Shown here: piece after piece, positions 12,504 through 24,037 of the stretch
Position numbering within the stretch: the first letter of the stretch is position 1
Layout of the letters: each line of letters opens with the position of its first letter
Assembly (NCBI GenBank): GCA_951406725.2
Contig: OX597827.1
Coordinates: 82,584,001-82,648,000, forward strand
Direction: 5' to 3'
DNA from: Octopus vulgaris
Taxonomy: Eukaryota
Length of the DNA: 64,000 nt
Made by a program: the position numbers and the translations under genes
The notes under the pieces: model-generated
Seen by the model: only the letters and a program-made list of their open reading frames with translations
Database searches by the model: none
Told to the model about the DNA's origin: nothing

Positions 12504-13559
12504 CATACATATATATACATACATACATACATATACATACATACATACATATATATATGTAAGTATATATATGTATATATATATATACATGCATACATAC
12601 AAACATATATGCATACACACACAAACACACACACATATATATATACACACATATATGTATGTATATATATATGCATGCACACATATATAGGCATACATAC
12701 ATATACGTATATATATATGCGTATGTCTCTACCTATCTACCTCTCTACCTATCTATCTGTCTGCCTGCCTGTCTTTACCTATCTCTCTCTCTCCCTCTCT
12801 CTCTCCCTCTCTCTCCATCTCGCTCTCCCCTCCACCCTCCTCCGTCTCTCCACTTCCCAAGTTTACTCAGTACTCATCTACAACTGAGCAAATATTTCAT
12901 TACATATATTACACAGTTACATTTGTTTGATGTTGTTCAGGAGTTGGTGCGGGGTGGAGGGGTGGAGGGGGGGGCGTTCATTAAGAGGTGGGGTTTTTTT
13001 GGGTTTTTTTCTTACATTTTTGTTCGTTGGTTGATGTTATGTTGAGTGATAATTATTGAACAAGTAGCGTTGGTAACCAAGTTAATGTTTTCTCTGCAAA
13101 CGAACATTCCTGATAGAAAAAGAAATTAAGTTGATGAAATTTAATGAAGATAAACTTAAGTTGAAGATCGTTATATAGGTTTATTAATTCAGGTTAGGTT
13201 TTATTAAAATGGTGCTGTTGTTGTTATTGTTGGTGGTGGTGCAGTGGAGGTGTGGAGGGGGGGGGGGCAGAAAAAATTAGAAGAATTCAAGGCAAAGACT
13301 ATAGTCTGTTGAAGGGAAAGCTTAAGTGAATTGATGTGTGTGCATGTGTATGCTATATGTTTATGTATGTATGTGTGTATGTATGTGTGTGTGTGTATTA
13401 CACATGCACATACACATATATACATATATAGTATGTACACACACACATAAATTCACTTAAATTTTTCCTTCAATAAACTACTGTCTTTTCCTTGAATCCT
13501 TAATTATATGTGTGTGTGTGTGTGTAAAAATACATATATATATAGGTGTGTGTGAAAGA

Positions 13560-13886
13560 ACATGGCTCAGTGGTTAGAGCGTTGAGCTTACGATCATGAG
13601 GTAGTGAGTTCAAATCCTGAGCCGGGCTGTGTGTTGTGTTCTTGAGCAAGAAACTTTACTTCACGTTGCTCCAGTTCACTCAGCTGTAGAAATGAGCTGC
13701 AATGTCACAGGTGACAAGCTGTATTGGCCCCTTTGCCTTTCCCTTGGATAACACTGGTGGCACAGAGAGGGGAGGCTGGTATGCATGGGTGACTGCTGGT
13801 CTTCCATAAAACAACCTTGCCTGGACTTGTGTCTCAGAGGAGAACTTTCAAGGTGCAATCCCATGGTTAGTCATGACTGAAGGGGG
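13560..13886 (+). mobile_element. tRNA-derived SINE (family C)
   Basis: A-box TGGCTCAGTGG and B-box GAGTTCAAATCC, then the body GTTCTTGAGCAAG..CTTCACGTTGCTCCAG. A partial relative lies at ~28583-28700. Confidence 0.75.
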
Positions 13887-13901
13887 TGTATATATATATA
13901 T

Positions 13902-14298
13902 ACAACTTATAAATAAGGGCCAACGAAAACATTTCTAATGCCAAATATGCTGAAATTGGACATATTGTCCATAACCATATAATTTTTCACAATACGCACG
14001 CTACCATATCGGACCGATTTCATAAGAACCCTCCCTTAGTGTCTTGCTTCTTCCATGGGTTTGAGTAAGTATCTCATTTATTTCTTTGCCACATTTATCA
14101 CTGATGAAGGAAGGGTTCTTATGAACTAACCCTGAAATCGGTCTGATATGGTAATGATGGAATTTTTTAGAAATTTCTATCGACCTTTTTTCGAGTAGCG
14201 TGCGTATTGTGAAAGAATTATATGGTTATGGACAATATGTCCAATTTCGGCATATTTGGCATTAGATAATTTTTCATTTGCCCTTATTTATAAGTTGT
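13902..14298. mobile_element. Foldback (long inverted repeat) element carrying the hammerhead; probable Penelope-like inverted pLTR remnant
   Basis: 13902-14004 is the reverse complement of ~14195-14298 with few mismatches. ~14002-14040 is a deleted antisense copy of the ribozyme region. The left end abuts (TA)n. Confidence 0.7.
14096..14148 (+). ncRNA. Minimal type I hammerhead ribozyme (Penelope-like element type)
   Basis: TATCA-CTGATGA-AGG[AAGG GTTC TTAT GAAC TAAC]CCT-GAAA-TCG-GTC-TGATA. Stem I is TATCA/TGATA, the core is canonical CUGAUGA plus GAAA, and stem II is closed by AGG/CCT. Stem III (AUCGGU) is short and self-complementary. The GUC triplet predicts cleavage after 14143. Confidence 0.7.
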
Positions 14299-14535
14299 TT
14301 ATAATTTTAACCTTTAAAGGTATTTTTTTAATATGCTGGCCATTGATAAATTTTTTTTCTAAAAAATTTTATCCTACATTAAATAAATATATATATATAT
14401 ATACACACACATATGCTATACATACACACACACAAACACACATACACATATAGGTATATATATTTCCATATAAGTATATATGTATATATGAGCATACTGA
14501 CATATTATGTGTGAGTCTCTCTCTATATATATTTA

Positions 14536-14580
<45 letters not shown>

Positions 14581-15234
14581 ATATGTGTATATATATGTAT
14601 ATGTATGTATGCATGTATATATGTATTATATATGTATATATGCATATATACACACATATACATATATCATCTTCATCATCATCATTTTATGCCCTTTACG
14701 TCTACTTTCTGTACAAGTATGGGTTGGATGAGTCATCACAGTGCAAGTCGTTTTCTCATCGGGAGTCACTGCTCTCGAAGACTGTTGTTTGGTTCCAACA
14801 ATTTGCTTGGTTTCTCTGACTCTTTCTCCTTTCTATCACAAAACCATTCCACAAAGTGAATCTGCTACATTTTTCTCATCATACTAATTCTGGATAGGTT
14901 GAGTAACCCTCAGTAAATCAGGATTAAAGGGATACCATAACCCTGCACTTTCTCTGCTCATTTGCCAACCACTTTACAGAATGTTCCAGAGGCCTTTTCA
15001 TGGCACGAGCCCCAGGAGGGTGGCCTCCACCCAGTATTTATTTGCAGAAGGAATGGAATGGGCTCTTTCATAGCACCAGTACAGAAGATGGGTTTTCTTG
15101 TAGTCAGTTTAATACTGAGAGGAACTCACAGACAGACATTCGTTTATTCCTCTTGAAGCAAAGATAATTTCAATAAATCATTTATTTCTTGCAACAGACC
15201 TTTCTTCATCTTTCTTATCCAAATTGTGACTTAT

Positions 15235-15430
15235 ATCATCATCATCATCATCATCATTTTACATCCATTTTCCATGCTGGCATTGGTTTGACAGGTTGAC
15301 AGGAGCTAGCAAGCCAGAGAGCTACACAGGCTCCAATTTTGTCTGTTTTGGTTAGGATGCCAAGGCTGGATGCCCTTCCTGGTGCTAACCACTTTACAGA
15401 GTGGACTGAGTGGTTTCTATGTGGCACCAA
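15235..15430 (-). mobile_element. RTE 3' end fragment
   Basis: (ATC)n, CCATGCTGGCAT, GGATGCCCTTCCTGGTGCTAACCAC. Confidence 0.7.
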
Positions 15431-15981
15431 TAGCATGAATTTGGATAAGATGAATAAAGGTCCATCATCATTGTGTTGTTGTTATTGTTGTCATAATTGT
15501 CATCGTTGTTTTAATGTCCTCTTTTCCCTGCTGGCATGGGTTGCACAGAATTTGATGAGGTAGATTTTCTATAGCCAGTTGCTCTTCTTGTCACCGGTCT
15601 CACCTGTGGTTGTGTGCAAGATTTCATTTCCCCCAAGGCGGACATGTCCATGGAAGTAATATACATGTACACTCACTCACATACATGCATGCACACACAC
15701 ACACATACACACACACATGCACACACAAGCACACACACATGCATACATGCATGCACACATGCACACACACAAATATTCTCCAGATTCACATGGTTCACTC
15801 TGAGATTGTGTGGTGCAACTGAAACAGTAACATTGTGGAAGAGCAATTTCCAACCTTTTAAGAACACAAAATCTGTTAAGTTCCACTTTGTATTCATTTC
15901 TTTGAAGGGTCAAGAAGTTTTATAACACTTCTGCAATCTGGTCACTGCATCTGCAACATGCTGTGGAACTCTGTGTGTATA

Positions 15982-16143
15982 CACTAGCATAGCTGGGCAG
16001 TAGGGGCCGTCCACTCCGGGTGACACTTTTAAAGGGGTACCACTTTTGGGTCTGCTGTAGGCAATATGTGTTTTTTGTGGGGTCCGGGGGTGGCAAACAG
16101 AAGGTCTGCCCCCAGCAGCACACTCACACTAGCTACGCTAGTG
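15982..16143. mobile_element. Short MITE, hAT-like
   Basis: 13-bp TIRs CACTAGCATAGCT / AGCTACGCTAGTG. Imperfect 8-bp flanks TGTGTATA / TGTGTGTG. Confidence 0.5.
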
Positions 16144-16280
16144 TGTGTGTGTCGGGGGGGGGGGCACAATATCATGTGCCCATCCCCAGTCCACTCTGTG
16201 AAGTCATTCATGATAGGAAAGGAATCCATTGATGAGAATCTTATGCAAAAAGAACAAACAAGATGTAGCAATGGCTGACA

Positions 16281-16336
16281 AAGACATGGCCCTTGCAAGC
16301 CTCACTGGGAAGACATGGCCCTTGCAAGCCTCACTG
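16281..16336 (+). repeat. Direct tandem duplication, 29-bp period
   Basis: AAGACATGGCCCTTGCAAGCCTCACTG at 16281 and 16310. Confidence 0.9.
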
Positions 16337-16695
16337 CAGGCATCCTGTCTGGGAAGACAGCAACTTGAAAAATATTTGATGCCAACTAAAGCTGTATGAC
16401 AGCATCTGGATGTGAATCAGTGGAGGATAAGAGGGACTTCATTAAGGCATACATACACACACCCAGACATACACTTACAACTTTGGGGATTAAAAAGTTG
16501 GGGAAAATGGCTAATTAATAAAAAGGACTTGTTTTTTGTTATCCCAGCTCTGCTCTGTATATAGTTGCTTGATCTTGTTCTCATTCCTGTTCTTATTGTC
16601 ATTTAGAATCAGGTTGGCTCTGACTGAACAAAACCCCTATCAAAGGCATTCTAGCCATGACCATTATATAGATTACCAAGGACTAAACTGCTTAA

Positions 16696-16916
16696 CCCCT
16701 TCATTATCAACCCGGCTGAAACCACCCCTGGCCCTGAGGACAAATGTCTTGTTTTCATAAGTTTTGAATTAAAATCTTCCACCAAACCCTAGTCACAATT
16801 TATGTTCCTAACACTAGCTGAATGATAACTAAATTAGTTTACTAAATTCTTTGTTATATTTACAAGTAATTGAAAGAAACACAGAGCATCTCAAAATAAA
16901 TACAGTAACAAAAGGG
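16696..16916. mobile_element. piggyBac-type MITE
   Basis: TTAA at 16692-16695 and 16917-16920 flank CCC..GGG termini (CCCCTTCATTA / GTAACAAAAGGG). It interrupts another repeat. Confidence 0.7.
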
Positions 16917-17139
16917 TTAATATGTCAATGTATTGGTAAGGTCTGATTTGATGGAGGTTTAGCTGCTATTTCTAGCAGTTCAAAAAAGTAAAGTGAGGCT
17001 GCTGCCTGATCATGTCAAATGTTGAATACTAAGGCAACATCAGATCTATTGTTCTTACAGACCTAATGGTTCTTACAGAACCATTCTACAATATAGAGTG
17101 GTGGTGGTGGGGGGGTATTGATGTGATGGTGGCAGTATT

Positions 17140-17213
17140 GGTGGAAGAGGAGGCAGGGGTGGGTGGAAGAGGAGGCAGGGGTGGGTGGAAGAGGGGGCAG
17201 GGGTGGGTGGAAG
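17140..17213 (+). repeat. 22-bp G-rich minisatellite (~3 copies)
   Basis: GGTGGAAGAGG(A/G)GGCAGGGGTG repeated. Confidence 0.85.
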
Positions 17214-17399
17214 TGGGTTACAATTAAGATAAGAAAATAATTAATTTTGTTGATGAATTGCTTGGCTTAGAAATACTTAAAAAAGAAATAAATAAAAATA
17301 AAAGATAAATAAATAAACAAAAATGCAGATTACAGATTGTTTTTAAGAAATTATTAAATAAATTTATTGCAGTAAAACAGTATCTGAATTGACATAATA

Positions 17400-17456
<57 letters not shown>

Positions 17457-17470
17457 CAGTAGCAGCAGCT
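17400..17470. repeat. (TAG)n microsatellite
   Basis: Seen directly. Similar tracts at 23974-24037, 43735-43903 (AGT/AGC) and 57498-57570. Confidence 0.95.
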
Positions 17471-17786
17471 ACAGTAGCAGTAGCGGTGGTGGCAGTAGTA
17501 GAATAGAAGCAATAGCGGTACTAGTGGTGGTGGTGGTGGTGGTGGTGGTGGTAGCAGTAGTTGGCATAGTTGGTGTTGTTGTTGTTGGAGCTGTTACTGT
17601 TGCTGTCTGGTAGTGGTAGTTGCTGTTGTTCTGGTTGTAGTTGTAATGTCTTTGACATCCTCCATGTTTTCTGTTTCCATTTGACGAAACAAATTCCAAA
17701 ATTTATATATATATATATATTTATATAATATATATATATATATATTTATATAAATATATATATATATGTATATATATATTTATATA

Positions 17787-17950
17787 TGGTGGGCTTCTTT
17801 CAGTTTCCATCTACTAAATCTACTAACAAAGCTTTGGATGGTCTAAGGCTATAGTAGAAGACACTTGCCAAAGGTGCCATGCAGTGGGACTGAACCCAGA
17901 ACCATGTGGTTGCGATGCAAGCCTCTTATTGCACAGCCATACCTGCACCT
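17787..17950 (-). mobile_element. SINE family A
   Basis: Matches the 38137 and 55590 copies. Confidence 0.8.
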
Positions 17951-18427
17951 ATATACAACATGGCATGTGGTCTTAATAACATTCACATAAATGCAGGCAG
18001 CCATATTTGATAATATTTAATAATTCAAAATTATAAATATAACGAGACCAAAATTAATTAATGTTAGTGAATAATTTTATCATAAGAAGCAACATAATGA
18101 ACTCATGAAATTGTAGTTAATCAAAAATTAAATTATGTAGGAAGGGGGGACAACTTCAGGTATGATTCAGTCTTATTAAACTTCTTTCAGCAAAGAATAA
18201 TTAACATAAAGCTAACTGATCACAGATCAACTTGATAAACATATAATAAATATGTAAACACTTTCCTGATTGGACAATTTAAAATATTGAGATTTCCTAA
18301 GGATGCCTTCTGCAGTAAATCCATATAGTTATGTGCAGGCTTCTATAGTTAGCATGATGGGTTGGAGATTATTTTTAATATAAGTAACAGACAGACATAA
18401 CTTTGTAGTTTATTGTGAATGATGTAA

Positions 18428-18864
18428 ATATTGGTTTCAAATTTTGTCACAAGGCCAGCAATTTTGAGGAGGTGGGTTAATCAATTACATTGACACCAGT
18501 GCTCAACCGGTACTTATTTTATTGACCCTAAATGGATGAAAGGCAAAGTTGACCAAGGCAGAATTTGAACTCAGAACATAGAGACAGATAACATGCCACT
18601 AAGAATTCTGCCAGCTGACCACTTTTACAGGATGTAATATTAAATGGCAAATATCCTTTCTACTAAAGGCACAAGGCCTGAAATTTGGGGCTTGGAGACT
18701 AATCGATTACGACGACCCCAGTTTTTCACTGGTACTTAATTTAGCAACCCTGAAAGGATGACAGGCAAAGTCGACCTCAGCGGAATTTGAACTCAGAATG
18801 TAGCGATGGTCGAAAAACTGCTAATCATTTCGTCCGGCATGCTACCAATTCTGCCAGCTCACCA
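18428..18864 (-). mobile_element. Two adjacent SINE family B copies
   Basis: Reverse complements of the GAGCTGGCAGAA..TTCTGAGTTCAAATTC..GTCGACTTTGCCTTTCATCC..AAGTACCAG unit at ~18428-18615 and ~18652-18864. Confidence 0.8.
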
Positions 18865-18927
18865 CGTACACTGTCTGCAACATATTCAGCAATATTTTGT
18901 AATATATTGTACACTTATATCATATCA

Positions 18928-19044
<117 letters not shown>

Positions 19045-19345
19045 GTGATTTGACTCAGGTTTGGTGTTATTCTTTGTAAAATTTATGTGGGTAGCTGGCT
19101 CCTACCTGTAACCTTAGGTATCCACAAACTTTCAACAGACTTTCTAAACTCTCTTCATAATCTTCTTTGTCCCTAAGAAGCAAACCTTCTCTAGATGCTC
19201 TGCAGAATGTTCTCTTCCTGTCTTCTTTCAACCGTTTCTCTATATCTTTATTTCCCAGTGCACCAATTATTACTGCAACAACCTTTATAGTTTTCGTATT
19301 CCAAATTCTTGCAACTTCAAATTTTAAGGAATTGTATTTTTTTTA
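19045..19345 (-). mobile_element. 3' end of an RLE-type non-LTR retrotransposon (R4/Dong-like) abutting (TAA)n
   Basis: Minus-strand KYNSLKFEVARIWNTKTIKVVAVIIGALG..(frameshift)..EHLEKVCFLGTKKIMKRV*, the typical C-terminus of the restriction-like endonuclease domain. The 3' UTR runs into the (AAT)n tract. Confidence 0.8.
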
Positions 19346-19411
19346 GAAAATTACAATTTCTAAATCTCGCAATGAGAGATATTCAGCAACAGTACTTTGG
19401 AGTAAAAATTG

Positions 19412-19611
19412 TTTGCCAACATAACATGGCATTGCTGTAGTTTAGCCCCAGGAGACATTGTCTCCAGCTGGCTCTATGACATGATCTGTGTCCTTATATT
19501 TTCAAACAAGGACACAGATCGTGTCATATAGCCAGCTGGAGACGATGTCTCTTGGGGCTAAATTACAGTAACATTTGACCTAAACCAGGACTGCCATGTT
19601 ATGTTGGCAAA
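19412..19611. repeat. ~200-bp long inverted repeat (hairpin)
   Basis: 19412-19495 pairs with 19508-19611 (TTTGCCAACATAACATGGCA..TTTAGCCCCA..GATCTGTGTCCTT / AAGGACACAGATC..TGGGGCTAAA..TGCCATGTTATGTTGGCAAA), with a 12-nt loop and one internal bulge. Confidence 0.9.
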
Positions 19612-19853
19612 GAATCTTTGTATTTTTTGTTTCTTACTCTCATTTTTTACTGTCCTGGAGTCAAATGGACCACATTGCATGTTCTGTACTACTACATACT
19701 AATTACATTGATTATATCATGCACTAATTATATTATTATTTTGTACTATATTACTGTTTTGTTTTAACATATCATTATTATCTAATTGTGTATTACTGTC
19801 ATATTGCTACTATATTGAAATGTTTACAACAGTGTTGTTCTTATATTGCACTC

Positions 19854-19889
19854 TTATTATTATTATTATTATTATTATTATTGTTGTTG

Positions 19890-19945
<56 letters not shown>

Positions 19946-19948
19946 GTT

Positions 19949-19979
<31 letters not shown>

Positions 19980-19990
19980 TTATTATTTTT
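19854..19990. repeat. (TTA)n microsatellite abutting the protocadherin splice acceptor
   Basis: Seen directly. Confidence 0.97.
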
Positions 19991-20004
19991 ATTTTTACTT
20001 CCAG
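19991..20004 (+). promoter_or_regulatory. 3' splice acceptor of the protocadherin coding exon (implies upstream 5'-UTR exon(s))
   Basis: Pyrimidine tract ATTTTTACTTCCAG ending 22 nt before the first ATG, directly after a (TTA)n tract. Confidence 0.65.
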
Positions 20005-20026
20005 GAACACTTGATACCTTGTCCTG

Positions 20027-22429
20027 ATGTTCTACAAAGAAAACAATGACAATATGCTCAGACAAACCAGTCTTTTAATCCTGTTGTTTCACAGCACCCT
20101 TTGTGTTGATCTGGTTTATCACGTTGAGGAAGGCAAAAGTCCTGGCACCTATCTTGGTAACATTGCTGTTGATTCACAACTTCTGGAGACTATTCCAGCC
20201 CAAGACTATAATTTGATTCAATTCAGTCAGCTTCAGAGAAGAGAGACTCAACAATTTAACATCACAAAAGTCGGAGAAATCTACACGGCTGGCACATTGG
20301 ACACAGAGTCCCTGTGCCTCTACAACAAGGAGTGTTCAGTGATTGTCAAAGTGGCAGTTCGTAAAGCAAAGACTTTTATGAAGATTCTCAAAATTAAAGT
20401 AATTATAAAAGATGTTAATGACCACCGACCAGTGTTCCCAAGTGCACAATTTAATCTTCAGTTTGATGAAACGGATGGTAAAGGGACCACAAAACCAATC
20501 CCTAATGCCGTCGATGGGGATGTTGGCATATTAAATTCTCAAATAACTTACCGGTTGAAAAAAAACAAAAACGAACCATTCTCGTTAGCAGTATCAGAAC
20601 GAATTGGGGGAAAATCCAAACTGGGAATTCTCCTGGAAGAGAAACTTGATCGAGAAGTCAAAGATAATTACGATTTAGAAGTGATTGCCACAGATGGAGG
20701 TTCACCTCCCAAACAAGGGGTGTTAAAAATTCAAATATCTGTCATTGATGTAAATGACAATCTACCGTTTTTCTCTAAAAGTATCTACAATATTTCCATA
20801 CAGAGTTCCTACAGAAAGGACAGACCAATCATTACAGTGTCAGCAACAGATTTAGATTCTGGTGAAAATGGTAAAGTTACATATCACTTCAGTCCAAAGA
20901 CTTTAGATGTTGATCAAAGCCATTTCCGCTTAAATCAATACAATGGAGAAATATCCGTACAGCAAATGTTTGGCCATGGACAAAAACAAACATACAAACT
21001 GTTTGTCGAAGCCATTGACGGTGGAAGCCCATCGTTAAGTTCATCTGCTTTGGTTCTCGTTAACATCATTAATCAAAGAAACAATCCACCAACAATTGAT
21101 GTAGATTTTGTGTCTGGATTGAAAGAAAATACGACAGTAATTTCAGAAGACATTGAAGTGGGCAGTTTTATTGCTTACGTCATGGTGATCGACAACGACA
21201 ACGGTGAGAATGGAGAGGTGAAGTGTGAAATGAGACATGAGAAGTTTCAGCTTCTGAGTTTGGCTCCGAAAGAATATAAAATAACAATGAAAGGTTCTGT
21301 GGACAGAGAGGTGACCAGCCAGTATGAGATTAGAATTAACTGCCGAGATAATGGCTCTCCACCTTTACAATCAAGGAAAGTGTTTACTATCAAAGTTCAG
21401 GATGTTAATGACGTCCAGCCTAAGTTTATCAAGGACACTTTTAAGTTTTTGACTTATGAGACTGAAACAGCCAACTTTCCAGTTGGTTTTATAAGTGCTG
21501 TTGACCCTGACCTGGGGACAGGAGGTCAGCTGGTTTATTCTCTTCTCAATAAAAAGCACAATGCTTTTCCATTCCAGATAACTGAGTATGGATTTATTTC
21601 AACAACAGAAGCCTTAGATCGGGAAGAACAGAATATTTACAAATTCCAGGTTTTTGTCAGAGACAGTGGAGTCCCTCCATTAAACAACACAGCAAATGTT
21701 GTTGTTGAAGTTGTTGATGAAAACGACAATGCCCCTTATTTTACATTCCCTAGTGTTGACCCCTTTAGCCTTGATGTCCATTATTATCCTCAAAGCAAGA
21801 ACGACATCACAGTGCTGAGGGCTGTTGACAGAGACACTCGTGAAAATGCATTCCTTAAATATGGAATACTTCGGGGCAATGACAAACAGTTATTTGGGGT
21901 CAATCCTTACACAGGGGTCTTATCATTCTCTCGCACCGTCTACCAAAACGATGCCGGAGCTTATAATCTTAAATTAGTTGTGAAGGACAGTGGCAGTCCG
22001 ATTCTGTCAGCGATGACAACAGTCACTTTAACGCTGACAGTTAGTAACAAGACATCAACAATGCTGACAGCGGTTCAAGTCCAATCAGGTGAGATGATAG
22101 ATATCAATTTAGTGATTATCATCGTAATAATAGCAGTGGTAGTTTCCATAGCGATAGTTATCTTCATCACAACATGCATTGTTAGGAGCCAAAATGGCCG
22201 AAATGTAACGACAAGGACCGGTGACAACCCACATTATCGGTCCCGAACTGAAATGAAACAATTGATTTACCAAGCAAACACTGCGGGTATGATAGCAAGG
22301 AACCCAGAAGAAATAGCAGACAATGATGACCAATCAATAAAATCTAGGAGTCAGTTTTATCCTGAAGAGGAATCACAGAAGGAATGGATGACACCAACAA
22401 TTGTGAAAACATTTCCAAAAGCATCAAAG
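20027..22429 (+). CDS. Protocadherin, large coding exon (signal peptide, EC1-EC6, TM, proximal cytoplasmic tail)
   Basis: 806-aa ORF with cadherin motifs (DVNDHRP, LDRE, ATDGG, DVNDNLP, DLDSGENG, VDRE, DVNDVQP, DPDLG, LDRE, DENDNAP, DRD, KDSG). Protocadherin-type Cys-X5-Cys in EC1 (CLYNKEC). Signal peptide MLRQTSLLILLFHSTLC (likely start ATG 20054; upstream in-frame ATG 20027). TM INLVIIIVIIAVVVSIAIVIFITTCIV at ~22103-22183. Acceptor TTTTTACTTCCAG ends at 20004. Donor AAG|GTAAG follows 22429 (phase 0, codon 801), just before the ORF's stop. Confidence 0.95.
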
Positions 22430-22543
22430 GTAAGCAATTTCTGTTGATTATTAAACATGTCTTTCGGTTGATTGTGTTGTTCTTAAGATTAGGTATTACA
22501 ACTGTCCATGCTATTGTGACATAACACAAAAAGTCCACTTCTG

Positions 22544-22581
<38 letters not shown>

Positions 22582-22700
22582 CATATTTATGTATGTGTAT
22601 GTGTGTATATATTATTTTTACAGTTTGCAGAGAAATGGCTAAAATTCACCCTGTTTATTATTCATACCATATGTTACACATATATGTATATGTATTTATA

Positions 22701-22756
<56 letters not shown>

Positions 22757-22881
22757 CAATAAAAAAGGGTAAAATTAATTAATTATTAATTAATTTGACC
22801 GAGCAGTGTTTGGTATGTAAAACAACCATTTACGGTATATTTGAAATATTACTTTATAAAAATTAAAATATTTTTATAAAG

Positions 22882-22990
<109 letters not shown>

Positions 22991-23317
22991 CACACACACA
23001 TATATATAAGTATATATAAATATGTATATATATAGTTCTATATATATGCACATATATATGCATATATATATATATAATGTCTATATACATACACGCACAC
23101 ACACTCACACACACACACATACACACATATACTGATAATAACATCCTGTATGCCCCAAAGTCCCTCATAGCCAAAATTAATGTCTTTTCCTTAAACCAGT
23201 GAGACATGGAGTACAAAATTAGAATAACAGTGGTACAAACACAAAAACAGAGTAATTTGTTAATGGATGCTTGTCTGGAAATGTCTTATTAATGTTTTGC
23301 ATATAAAAATTTCTTTG

Positions 23318-23460
23318 TCCTCTTAATCATTCCATTGTTACACACCAACTTCCTGTATCTTTGTCCTATTAATTCAGTATTCCATTTTTGCACACCAACT
23401 TCAATATCTTTGTCCTCTCAATGTAACATTCCATAGTTGCTCACCAACTTCCATTCTCTT
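23318..23460 (+). repeat. Degenerate ~50-bp tandem repeat (~3 copies)
   Basis: Recurring TTCCAT..CACCAACTTC..TCTTTGTCCT. Confidence 0.6.
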
Positions 23461-23971
23461 TCGTAAGACATGAAGATCTTCCTGTCATTAAAACTTTACA
23501 AGTTTCTCTAATCAGATTCTCATTTTGGCCTAAAAATTAATCAGTTTTCTGTGTCTAGTCCAAGGAATTTGGCAAAATATGGAATAAACATTTTAAAGAT
23601 ATTATGTCTGGTGGCTGATGAGAGTAGGAAAACCATATTCTATCCAATGTGTCAATATCTTTTATAGTTCCACCATATTCAGACGATACAAAGACCCTTT
23701 GATGGGTATTGAACTCAGGAACTAAAGACATGTAGCTGAATATTACAAGGTATTTTGTCTTTTAACCACCACTACCACCAACACCAACACTAACACTCTG
23801 GTGTTCTATCAACACTAAGGCGCCAAAACCAACAGTACCACCATCATCATCTCCACCCTCCACTCTGGCCTTCTATCACTCCACCACCTCCACCACCACC
23901 ACTACCTCCACCGCCAGCCTTCCTAATCTTAAATAAGGATTTCTGACATTGGTAAAATGGGGGAAATGTTT

Positions 23972-24037
<66 letters not shown>

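Noticed and set aside
13560-13635. Possible tRNA gene
   Set aside because: A and B boxes are present but the cloverleaf is imperfect and continues into a SINE body.
21371-22538. Antisense ORFs overlapping the protocadherin exon
   Set aside because: Short shadow ORFs of the real + strand CDS.
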